A stretch of DNA of 63,967 nucleotides, the filler included, from Octopus bimaculoides (Eukaryota), in assembly GCF_001194135.2 (NCBI RefSeq). It is 9 parts of 7 records of this genome, joined end to end, with 100 filler letters (N's around TTAATTAATTAA, not from the genome) between each part and the next. Parts side by side here need not be neighbours in the genome. Positions count along the whole stretch, not along the records: positions 16,801 to 36,198 come from NC_068987.1; positions 36,299 to 44,451 come from NC_069000.1; 7 more parts are not named here. The stretch is one strand, 5' to 3'. The notes beneath the pieces were generated by a model. The model saw only the letters and a list, made by a program, of their open reading frames with translations, made no database searches and was not told where the DNA came from. Positions 25,928 through 37,846 of this stretch are shown here, in pieces. The translations under genes were made by a program, and so were the position numbers. Numbering within the stretch: the first letter of the stretch is position 1; each line of letters starts with the position of its first letter.

Positions 25928-27167
25928 TTAGCTTATCCCAAAAATAATGGCCGCTCTAAGTGTAGTGTTTTGAAATGCAATTTTATCATAGTATTTTAAT
26001 TATATTTTAGGTGAATTTTACGTACTTAATAATTGATGTATGCTCTTTAATCATTTTCTACTTATTTCAGACAGAAAACATTCTTGAAGAATAGGCGCCC
26101 TTAATTATGAACATAAAAAAAAAAATACCTTCGCTTACTTTTCTTGCATGTGTTCAAACTTGGGCACAATGTCTCCTAAACTGCTGCCAATATGAACAGA
26201 GCATGGGGAGAGGGGTCCACAAGTGATCGCATAGTACGAAGGTGGTTTCAGAAAATCCATAGTGATGATGAGAGCCTTGGAGATGAAGAAGGTAGAGGAT
26301 GGTCATGCAGTTTTGACAATGAACAATTGAAAGCAATTGTTGAACAAAACCCACGCCAAAGTATCAGAGAAATGTCTCAGGCACTTGGTGTTGGTATTGC
26401 AATGTTCTCATGCAATCTGCAGAAGATTGGTAAGGTGAAAAAGCTCAATAAATGGGTATGAGCTCAATGAAGATCCAAAAATTTGGTGTTTTGGAGTGTG
26501 CTTGATGCTCTTTCTATGAAACACTAATAATCCTTTTCTTGACCAAATAGTCACTTGTGATGAAAAGTGGATCCTTTATGATAACCGTAAATGGTCAGGT
26601 CAATGGCTTGATTGTGATGAGTCCCCCAAACATTTTCCAATGTCTAGTGGTCTGCAATTGGTGTTGTCCATTACAGCTTTCTGGAAGCCAATCAAAGCAT
26701 TACAGCAGAGGTTTGCTGCAATCAACTTGCTGAAATGCATGCTCACTTGCAAAAAATGAGACCTGCATTGGTGAATCGGTGAGGCCCAATTCTGTTCCAC
26801 GATAATGCAAAGTCACATGTTGCAAGAATGCCACTGCAGAAACTCACAGACTTGAGATACGAGACTTTACCACATCCTCCATATTCTGACCTTTCACCCA
26901 CTGACTACCATTTTTCAAAGCATTTAAACTCGTTCTTAAGTGATAAAACTTTCAGGTCCAAACCAGAGGTGGAATCAGTTTTCAAAGATTTCTTAACATC
27001 AAAGCCAATAAGTTTTTATCAACGGGACATAAATAATCTTGTTGATCAATGGCAGAGATGCATAGATGTTCACAGCTCATACTTTCACTAATTTAAACAT
27101 TTCTATTGTTAATTTTTCCAGAATAAAATTGTTTCTGAAATTGGCCATTATTTTTGGAACAACCTAA
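25928..27167 (+). mobile_element. Near-full-length mariner fossil (Hsmar1/cecropia-like)
   Basis: TIRs ttagcttatcccaaaaataatggcc / ggccattatttttggaacaacctaa, TA TSDs; IVTCDEKWILYDN, HDNAKSH, PHPPYSDLSPTDYH; broken by stops and frameshifts. Confidence 0.92.
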
Positions 27168-27193
27168 TACATTAACTTTTACAAGGAAAAGGT

Positions 27194-27241
27194 TGATAGT
27201 GACTTCAAAGTTTCAGCTTGCTCACCTTCATCAGACTATGA
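27194..27241 (-). ncRNA. Minimal type I hammerhead ribozyme motif with GUC site
   Basis: tcatagt CTGATGA aggtgagcaagct GAAA ctttgaaG TC actatca: 5-bp stem I, stem III ACTT/AAGT, weak stem II. Confidence 0.65.
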
Positions 27242-27427
27242 TTTGTTGTGGTTCTTTTTGACTGCTTTTTTTAATGGTAAAAACAATTAGAAAGCCTTAA
27301 TATTTAATCTCCTCAATCCAAACCTTCCCAATATAACCAGAACTAAAATTTCTTAGAAAATTAAAAGCATCAACACTAAATTCAACCTCAGTCTGACCCA
27401 TATTGGTTTCAAATTTTGGGAAAAAGC

Positions 27428-27622
27428 CGGCAGTTTTTAGGGGAGGGGATAAGTTGATTACCTCAACTCCAGTGCTCAACTGGTACTTATTCTATCGACT
27501 GTGAAAGGATGAAAGATAAAGTCAACCACGGCAAAACTTGAACTCAGAAGGTAAAGACAGACAAAATGGTGCTAAGCACTTTGCCTGACATGCTAACGAT
27601 TTTGCCAGCTTGCTGCCTTGAG
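27428..27622 (-). mobile_element. SINE family B, full
   Basis: Head and 3' part colinear with the 14325 and 7435 copies. Confidence 0.8.
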
Positions 27623-27759
27623 AGCTAGAATAAATTACCATTTCTAATTTATACACCAGACCAGCATTTTTGAAGGAGAGAGCAGGAGTTAGTCAGTGTC
27701 ATCATTTGTATTCCATAACGATGGAATACAAATTGGATTTATGCAAGGAAAAGGAAAGA

Positions 27760-28800
27760 CTGATGCAAATTATATTGTAAGGCAGTAAGAAAAAAAGTAC
27801 AGGGGCAGAAGCAAGGATGTTTATTTCTTGCTTGTGTTGATCTAGAGAAAGCTTTCAATAGAGCTTCATATAAAGTGGTACCACAGGCATCATGAGAGTT
27901 GAGAATAGAAGAAGGATTGGTTAAGAGTAGTTATGTCAATGCATGAAAGAGTGTACACAGCTGTAAGATTATAGGATGGGTACAGTGATGTGTTTGAAAT
28001 GATGCAGGAGTGCATCAGGGATCAAGTTCACTATATTAGTAGTTGTGATGGAGGAACTGGCTCAAAGTGTAAAAGTGAGTTCATAGTGGGAGTTGTTGTA
28101 TGAAGATGCATTGGTGTTAATAGAAAATGATATGCATAAAGAAAAAAATAGGTGGAAGGAACTTATGGAGGCAAAAAAAAAAAATAAAGTAAAAAAGGTA
28201 TGAAGGTGACTATTGGAATGATGAAGGTGATGTGAGTGGTGAAGTATGAAGTGATGTGGAAATAAAAGGAAAGTGGCTGTGGACACCATGTAGGAATGAT
28301 GTTGGGATGAATTCCATTAAATGTGGGGTGAGGGTCATCGAAAATGTAGTGGTGTGAAGAGGATACTGACTAATGTGACAGCTACATTATGATTTTTGGT
28401 ATTTAAGGAAGGAAGATATTGATGGAGAGCATGCAGAGCTGAATCTTGGAGATGTCATGAAGATGGGGTGTGTGAAAAGATTTTGTTATCTAGGAGACAT
28501 GTTGAATAGAGAAAGTAGATTGCACAGAGTGATGCTATTAAACTGAGAAGGGCATGGAAATACTCTTCTCCATAGGTAATTAATGGAATTCTAATGAGAA
28601 TGTCCTTGAAACTGAATGAAATGGTGCATACAGCATGTATAAGAAGTGCTATGATTTATGGAAGTGAGATGTGGGTAATGAAAGTGGAGCAGCAGTGATG
28701 GCTAGAAGGAATGGTAATGAGAATGGGTTGATGGATGGGCAGAATAGCTCTGACACGGAGAGAGGGACAAACATTGAATTGCAGAGGTGTGACGTGAATA
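27760..28800 (+). mobile_element. Old RTE LINE reverse-transcriptase fossil
   Basis: VDLEKAFNR, RFCYLGDML and CIRSAMIYGSEMW motifs across frameshifts. Confidence 0.75.
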
Positions 28801-29829
28801 GAGTTATTGATAACTGTTTTGAGAAGAAATGGGATGAGGTAGATGAGTCATGTCCTGAAGAAAGCGGAAAGCGGTTGGGTAAGAGGAGTAATGGAAATGA
28901 ATAAGGAAATAAGCAGAAGAAGGGGAGACAAAGTCATAGTTAAAAGTGAAGGAAAAGCAAATGAGAAGGAGTCATTTTGTGAGACAGTAGTATAAAAGAC
29001 TGGGCAAAATAAGGAAGATTGTCAAGGGGGCCACAAAGTCAACCTCTGCTTTAGGAGGGAAAACAACCTTCAAATGCTTTTTGTTTTTGTTGTTGCTCTG
29101 TACTGATGCACATATATACATATGTGTGATGCTCGTATATTTGAAAGAAAAAAGAAACCTAAAACCTAAACATATATGCTTAAATAAATAACCATTCTTA
29201 AAAAATAGATACACATTACAAAACCATATTTCATATGCCTACACACACATAGCTATGCATAATGCACACACACACATATTTAGATGCACACATATACATA
29301 TAACTATACACATAAACACACAATTACACACACATTCACATACATATAGGTTCACAAAAATTAATAACATCATACAAATACATACAACTACATACGTATA
29401 CACATCCCACACACATTAAAGCAACAACAACAATAGCAACTATGACAATGACAACAACAACATGCTGTTGCTGTTGCTGTTGCTGGAGAATATTGGAAAA
29501 TAAAATAAAATTATAGATAATAAAACACTAAAGAATTATTTGACATTTTTGAAAGTATTGCTGCCTGGAGAGATGTCTAGTTTTAACAGATACAACAATG
29601 TGCTTATGCAAATAAATATTGAAGAATTATAGATGAGGCATTCTCTCATTTCTGAACTAAACCCTCTCCAACAATATTTTTTTAACAAAACAATAACAGC
29701 AACAGCAGTAGTAGTAATGGTAGCAACAACAGCAATAACAACAACAACAACAATTCCAACACTGCCACTATGTATACAGACATACAAAGATACATATGTG
29801 ACCATGTCAAATGTATATACATATAAATA

Positions 29830-30667
29830 CAAGGTGCTGTGAATAAACTGTCATGTAAATTACGCAAAAATGAAAATAACACTGACATCTCATTTTAACA
29901 GATATTTTTACCAAAATTGCATAAAAATATCATGAAACACTAAGAGTAAATTTATTCAATAAAATTGCCATTGGCTTCAACCACAGCCTCCAGACGACTT
30001 CAGAATCTCCTGCAACTCTCCTGGATGGTCTCCTTGTTTAAGTTGGTGAATGCTGCCATAATCCTTGCCTTCAGTTCATCTTTGGTGTTACAAGGAGTTT
30101 TGTTGGTCTCTTGCTCAACTGTACCCCTCACATAATAATTACGAGGGCTGCAGTCTGGGGAGTTAGGTGGCCAGATGTTAGGGGTGATGCGGTTACAGAA
30201 ATTGTCTGACAGCTATGACTGGGTTCTCCTGCTTGTGTGGCATGGTGCAGACTCCTGTTACCAGACACAGGGTCTCTCAGCAGCCACCATCTAGGCCCAG
30301 GGCAGCAGCACTTCCTCCAGGCACTTGATGTAGTCCTCTGTGTTGAGTCTGAGGCTGTGTGGGGAGGTGAATAGAGGCATAACGTCACCATCACTAATGA
30401 TCACTCCAAACACTATGATGTTGACTGGTTGTTTGATTTTTATCACTCTTGGTACATGTTTTGGGGATATAGCAAGTCAACAGTTGTTCTGTGTGCTCAC
30501 CATCTGTTCATATTGGAGCTTCTGGCATGAATGCCAAGCAGTACAGCATGTTGTTTCCAAATTTCTGGTAGAGTGAATTGTGTCATGGTGCTAGTTTTCT
30601 CACATGTGGTGCCCAACTGATCTTACTATACTGTGTAGTTGATAAAATAAAAAACAAATAATGCACA
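29830..30667 (-). mobile_element. Second copy of the maT/DD37D derivative, right end lost
   Basis: Colinear with 21889-22730; abuts an RTE 3' UTR piece at aatgcac. Confidence 0.85.
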
Positions 30668-30890
30668 TGCCACCTGCACAGGAGCCAGTCCAGCGGCACT
30701 GGCAACGATCTTGCTCGAATGTCTTTTCATGTGCCATTGGCACAAGTGCCAGGAAGGCGACGTTGGTAACGATCATGCTCAAATGGTGCTATTTACGTGC
30801 CACCGACACGAAAGCCGGACAGCTGGTGCTCTGGCAACGATCACGCTCGAACGGTGCTCTTAGTGATTTGCTGGTACTGGTGTCATCACG
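30668..30890 (-). mobile_element. RTE 3' UTR fragment with internal about 60-bp repeats
   Basis: gagccagtccagcggcactggcaacgatcttgctcgaa is the reverse of the 49941 unit. Confidence 0.75.
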
Positions 30891-31482
30891 ATTTCGCTTT
30901 CGCTTGCCCCAACAGGTCTTTGCAAGCCAAATTAAAGTATATTAATTACATAAAATACAAAAAATGTATATATGTTTATATACAAAAAGGTCCAACTTAC
31001 ACAGAATCAAAATGATATTGAGAATTAAAGGGGTTGACTAAAAGTATTACAAATCCAACAGTTGTTTCTGGGGACCCAGTGTTCCAAAATAATGTTTGTA
31101 GATTGATTCCATCATCTAATGAGACAAGCCTCTATCTTCAGGGAAGAGATCTTACATTTGAGGTGTTGAAAGAAATAAGTTCAAAGAACTTCTACTATCT
31201 GTAGATGCCATAAAGCCATCCATAGATTGCAGACGGTAGATTGTAGAAGTATAGTTAATTGAATTGACCCCAGTATACTTGTCTTTTCCTTTTTATTGTT
31301 TTGAGATTGATGAATTATATTTCTAACATAAGCATTAAGGTTAGTAACTATGTAGGGAGGAGGATATTGACCCCTGTATAAAATAATCAACAGGAAGTAG
31401 TAGTAGAGTCAGGAAAATGACTGTGCCATATCCTTAAAATTTGTCTTGCGTTTTGGCTAGATATCATTAATATAATAGACAT

Positions 31483-32077
31483 AGGCATGGCTATGTGGTA
31501 AGAAGCTTGCGGGCAGCAAGTTGTTTGCTTAAGGGCTGTGGTGGGGCAGATTAGTTATGATTAATTGTATTGATGAATTTGATTTGTATTGCATAACTGA
31601 TTTTGTAAATGATTTGTATTGAAACAATGTTTTTCGAGGGGTTGCCAGTCGGTGGGCGCTGGCGCCCCTCTCATTTTTCATCTGTGTCATCCTACCATAT
31701 TTTCATTAATGTCTTTGTCTATCCCTACCTTCTGCTACTCCATGTACAGCCTTCATGGCTAATCAAATGAAATAAAGAAGCTAGCTTCACAACCATATGG
31801 TTCCAGGTTCAGTCCTGGGCAAGCAACTTCAACTATAGCCTTGGGCCAACCAAAGCCTTGTGAGTGGATTTGATAGTTGGAAACTGAAAGAAGCCCATCA
31901 ATGCTGGTGTGTTTAGGTTCCTGTAACTTAGCAGTTTAGCAAAAGAGACCAATAAAATAAGCACTAGGGTTAGAAAGTATAAGTGTTGGGGTCGATTTCT
32001 TCGACTAAAACCCTTTAAGGTGATGCTCCAGCATGGCTGCAGTCAAATGACCGAAACAAGTAAAAGAATAAAAGAAT
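31483..32077 (+). mobile_element. SINE family A interrupted by a 264-bp insertion
   Basis: Head stops at aagaagcttgc (31500-31510) and resumes after aagaagctagc (31775-31785). Confidence 0.8.
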
Positions 32078-32789
32078 ATGACAAATAAAATATAATCAAA
32101 CAGGATCCAAAGTCCTTCCTGAGTCATAGACTCATAAGGCTGGTTTCCCAAATTCTGTGGTGTATAAATCCTCACCACTTCCTGGATGGGATGCTAGTCT
32201 ATTACAAGATTACTCCTTTTTGCCAGCCAAAGCAACATGAAATGAAGATTTTCACTCAAGAACATAACATGTTACCCATTCCAGGAATCAACACCCTAAC
32301 CACTAAGCAACATGCTTCCAAAATAAAATATAATAATGATTTTTAAAAATTTATGTGCAAGGCCAGCAATTTCGAGGGGAATTGGTCAGTCAATTACATC
32401 AACATAAGTATGTGACTGGTACTTCATTTTATTGACCAGGAAAAAAAAGAAAGGCAGATTTGACCTCGGTGCTGTTTGAAACCAGATTCACTGTTCTAAA
32501 TGTAAGCGGTACTCAAATGTGGGTCTAGGTGATTGCATGCGTAGTGGAAAACACTGGCCTAAATATGTGAACCTTAAGCTTGTATGGTTCTGGTGGTGTT
32601 TATGTACGTGCATATAGCAGAACCTCTATTCCAGATATGTCATCAACACTCTAAGGTGGGTCAAGGATATGTGTATGCATACCAGAAGCAATGAACTACT
32701 TGTGTGTGTCTGTGGGATGTTTGTATATATGCGTTAGTGTTTGTGTATCATAAGCACTACCACCACTGCTAATATATATTTATTGGAAT

Positions 32790-33110
32790 AAGACAGCAAG
32801 CTGGCAGAATTGTTAACACATGGGACAAAATGCTTAGTGGCATTTCATCCATCTTTATGTTCTGAGTTCAAATTTTGCCAAGGTAGACTTTGCTTTTTAT
32901 TCTTTCAGTTGTCAGGTCATGGCAGGGGATAACTGCAGACACACATACCATGGGCTTCCTTCAGTTTCCCTCTACCAAATCTGCTCACAATGCTTTGGTT
33001 GGTCCAAGGCTATAGTAGAAGACGTTTGCCCAAGGTGCCATACAGTGGGACTGAACCCAGAAGTATGTAGCTGGGAAGCAAGCTTCTTATCACACAACCA
33101 CACCTGTGCC
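32790..33110. mobile_element. SINE B head (+) adjoining SINE A 5' half (-)
   Basis: Motif matches to other copies. Confidence 0.75.
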
Positions 33111-34179
33111 TATAGAAAGATTTTGAATTCTGAATTGAATTGATACAAAAGGATCTTGAATTTTCCCCTGAAAATATGATAGAATACTGCTTAAATCCTT
33201 TTAACACAAAAGAAAAAAACCTCAAAAGATAACAACAACATAGGATTTAAGTTGTATTCCATCCTATTCCTTTAAGAAAATTCAAATAAGAAAAGATACC
33301 TTCATTTCTTCCGACTAATTTTTCTTTCTGTCATTATTTAACATATAGTTATCATCATCATCATCATTATCATTTAACAACTACTTATTCATGCTTGCAG
33401 GGTCAGACAGAATTTGTTGAGGTAGATTCTTTTCCAATCAGCGTGTGTGTGTTTATATCCCTGTAACATAGCAGTTCAGCAAAAGAGAATGATAAAATAA
33501 GTACCAGGCTTAACAAAAAAAATAAGTACTATGGTCGAGTCAGTCAACAAAATGTTCTTTTTCAAGGAGGTGTTCCAGTATGGCCACAGTCTAATGACTG
33601 AATCAATTAAAAAAAGAAAAACATCTGTATCTAAATAAAGAAAAAAATACTTATATTACTTCTCACTTACTTTTTCTCTATTGTTGCTAACATTCTTGTC
33701 TATACACTAACAAGAACTTTCATTCCTGAGTGTGTGGGGGTGGGGGTGTATGCTGTTTTTTTTTTTTTCAATCTTGGTTTTAGAATAGGTATACCATATC
33801 TTTGTGTGTCATAAGAGGTGGAAAAAATAGTTGGCATCCAGAGGGGTTGTCCAGCCACAAAATGTACCCCCAGAAGACCCTTCCAACCTGAGCCTATATT
33901 GAAAAGCAAGTGTAAAATGATGATAAAAAAATGTTAAAAGAGAAAAATGGTGATAATGCTGATGGTAATGATGATGATAAAATCATGAGAGTAAAAATAG
34001 TCAAAACATATTGTTGAGTATAATTATTTGTTGTACACAGCAGGTATCTCCAATTTTGCCCTAAGTCAGCCTTGAATCAACAGACTGATCATCAAAAGCA
34101 AAACACGAGGTATCAACAGAGTACAAGTATACATACGTGAGTGTGTGTGTGTGTGTGTGTGTGCGTGTGTGTGTGTATA

Positions 34180-35545
34180 CGGGGTGCATAAAGTATTTGA
34201 GGACATATGTTAATTTTACTATAGCAGCATATTTATCAACTTAATATTTTCTATATTTCAGAATTATCAATGGCAGACCCTATAATTACACATCATGGCT
34301 ATAAAGGCTGACCATAACAATTTAGAAATAGCACAATTTTTAAAAGTTGCTAGATCCTTCATCTACAAAATTCGCTTATTTTAGTTTCCTTGAAGTCAGT
34401 TATATTATTGTTCTAAATACATGGGTTGTCATCATTTCTATTCAGCTCTAAGCATATTTCATGTTTTAAAATAACTCAGGATTGTGACTGGAGGCCATGT
34501 TGAATAATAGCTAGTGTATGCCCTATGATATATATATAGAGAGAGTGTGTACAAGTTTGTGAAGACAGAAATGTATTACCAATATCAAAACATAAGAGAC
34601 ACTGTAGATGCACTGATACTATTAGAACACCAGAATGTATTCAACAAGTAAAGCAGACCATTGATGACAATCCCAGAAGATCCATGAGGTTGATTGCAAA
34701 AGAACACCATGTGTCAGAAGGAACAATTCGAAATATTGTCTACAAAGATATCAGATACAAATCTTATGCGATGAGAAAAGATCATTTCATGTCAGAAACA
34801 GTGAAGGAGAATTGTTTAATCAGATCTAAAAGACTCCTGAACAAACTTAAAAATGCAGCAGAGAAAGATGTCATTTGGTTCTTCTCAGATGAGAAAAACT
34901 TTGATCAAGATCAGAAAGTAAAGAGAAGAAATGACAGATGGCTATGTGCAGACACTTTGGAAGTTCCAAGAGTAATGCATGCCTCCTCACTTCTTTCCAC
35001 AAGGTCTTTGAGTAAACTCTGCTGCCTCCATAGATGTTCTGAATACAGTGGTTAAGCCATGTATCGATAATGTACACAATGGAAGACCTTATGTGTTCCA
35101 ACAAGACTCGGCACCATCACACAAAGCTACAGCAACACAGGAATGGATAGTGGAAAATTTTCATGGCCACATAACCCCCCCCCCACCAAACCAACATTTG
35201 ACCTATTAGTTCCCCAGATCTCAATCCATCAGACTACTATGTATGGAGCGTAGTTGAGAAAGAGATTAATGAGCACCCTCATAACACCAAAGAATCTCTA
35301 AAAACCTCCATAGTCAGAGTAATGTCCAATATGAACACAGACCACTTGATCCTAGCATGTAGGCGATTCAGACCTCGCAGAGAAGCCGTTATTGAAGCTG
35401 AAGGAGACTTTATTGAATAAAATGACAAAACAATATGTTTATTCTTATCCTCAAGACTTTATCCAGTAAAAAGGAATTATTGTCTGGTTCTGAGAGTCAT
35501 TTTTGTGTTAGCATATAACTGTCCTCAAATACCTTATGTACCCTG
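34180..35545 (+). mobile_element. maT/DD37D transposon fossil, near full length
   Basis: TIRs cggggtgcataaagtatttgaggac / gtcctcaaataccttatgtaccctg with TA; WFFSDEKNF, MPPHFFPQG, YVFQQDSAPSH, SPDLNPSDY. Confidence 0.92.
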
Positions 35546-35574
35546 TATGTATGCATGTATGTATATATATATAT

Positions 35575-35772
35575 ATAATTAAGGGTATCTAAGAGATACT
35601 ACCATACTTGAAATAGCAGCCAAAACTTGACTCTAAAGCCACATTAAATGTTCATACAGGACCACTCTTTGTTTTCTCTCCTGGTGCTGTATGAACATTT
35701 AATGTGGTTTTAGAGTCAAGTTTTTGGCTGCTATTTCAAGTATGGTGGTATCTCTTAGATATCCTTAATTAT
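35575..35772. repeat. 85-bp near-perfect inverted repeat (foldback/MITE-like)
   Basis: Arms 35575-35659 and 35687-35772; 3 substitutions and 1 indel. Confidence 0.9.
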
Positions 35773-35882
35773 AATTTTAATAATAATTATTACCTTTGAG
35801 GTTTTTATTCCCGTGCTGGCCACCTGATAAGATCAGTATTTTAAATAACGATCTTATCCTTATTTATATAAATTTACATATA

Positions 35883-36198
35883 TAGCCAAGGATAAACCTC
35901 TGTACCTGGCTTTTGTTGACATGGAGAAAGCCTTTGACAGGGTCCCCCGATCCCTTATCTGGTGGTCAATGAGGAAACTTGGGATAGAAGAATGGTTAGT
36001 GAGAGCTGTGCGAGCCATTTACAGAGATGCTGCCAGTAAGGTGAGGGTTGGAAATGAGTACAGCAATGAATTCCGAGTAGAGGTAGGGGTCCACCAAGGT
36101 TCCGTCCTCAGCCCCCTCTTATTTATCATAGTCCTCCAGGCAATCACAGAGGAGTTCAAGACAGGTTGCCCCTGGGAGCTCCTCTATGCTGATGACCT
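35883..36198 (+). mobile_element. Young RTE LINE RT fragment, 5'-truncated, running into a gap
   Basis: Open AFVDMEKAFDRVP...GVHQGSVLSPLLF...LLYADD. Confidence 0.95.
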
Positions 36199-36314
36199 NN
36201 NNNNNNNNNNNNNNNNNNNNNNNNNNNNNNNNNNNNNNNNNNTTAATTAATTAANNNNNNNNNNNNNNNNNNNNNNNNNNNNNNNNNNNNNNNNNNNNTA
36301 CTACTACTACTACA

Positions 36315-36355
<41 letters not shown>

Positions 36356-36360
36356 TGATG

Positions 36361-36473
<113 letters not shown>

Positions 36474-36489
36474 GATGAAGAGGATAATA

Positions 36490-37035
36490 ATTGCCCCGAT
36501 GCAGTACTAGGCAGTGAATCTCATGGCTTCTAATCTTAACTGATTAGAAGTGCTATCATGTACATTGTTTTGTCTTGGTATAGAATGATGGGCTACAGCA
36601 AATATTCTGCTCAATGCCACAGATTTGCTTGTCAGTTGTTCGACCTTAACCAGTTGAGGCTGACCATATGTGCATCTCTGATCATGAGCAGAAGTAGTGT
36701 AGGAGCATCATAGTCACGTGTTGAGAAGAATTCTTTGGGGTTTGGATAATTCACCTTTGGAAACATAGGTGTTTCGTTCAATATATTTAAACAACCTTTA
36801 TTCAGGGACCTTTTGAGCGAGATGCGCTACCCAACCTGACGAAAATTCTAACCGGGCTCCACCTGCAAGGTCTTGCGCTGTTTATCTTGATGTGATATCA
36901 CCATGTTGCGCACATATGGTTGTGATGCATGTGCCTGGTGCACCCTTATCAGACGGGGAGCCATGATGCATATACTCTGCTTCATATATATTTTACCTCA
37001 GTGTCACTTCTACGGCATGCACTGCTCTTTCACTC

Positions 37036-37040
<5 letters not shown>
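36490..37040. repeat. Unclassified interspersed repeat embedded between (AAT)n tracts
   Basis: Higher-GC block bounded by AAT arrays; no protein motif recognised. Confidence 0.4.
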
Positions 37041-37080
<40 letters not shown>

Positions 37081-37370
37081 TCCACTGCTACTACTATGAT
37101 TGCGATTTTTATTCGCAACAATGTTGGCATTAATTTCGATGATGTTTTGTCGACTCACTTTCGATTTAATATTTGTTTTGTCTTATTTTAATAAGAATGA
37201 ACATATTCATAACAATAATAATTATTGGTCTGTTCACCTCAAGGAGTGGAAATGGAAACATACAATGAAATACATTGATTTTTGTGCAAGGGCTTACACA
37301 AACGCATAAATTTGAGCAGACGAATAATATAATGTGAGCGCTATTATGATAAACCTCTCTCTCTATATAT

Positions 37371-37470
<100 letters not shown>

Positions 37471-37808
37471 AGAGACAAAAAATATATGAAAAGCGTTATT
37501 ATTTAAATGAGGTTATAATTTTAATCAGAAATTTAGAAAATATAGAAAATGTGGAAAATATCTAATGTTCCTCCTACATATGAAAGAGAAAGTAAAGGTT
37601 ATTGCACCTCTCATTTTAGACCAGCTGCCACAGCTGCTCTTTCTACAGTTTTGTCTGTTCAATGGCATATGTTACATGTTCTGTGTGGGTCGAGCTTGGA
37701 AACAACGAAACAACATACGTCTTAGGATACTCCTGCCTACACTGGGTATTTTATGCATCGCTCTACCGTTTCTGTCAAAGCTGCTGCTACTACTACTACT
37801 ACTACTAC

Positions 37809-37846
<38 letters not shown>

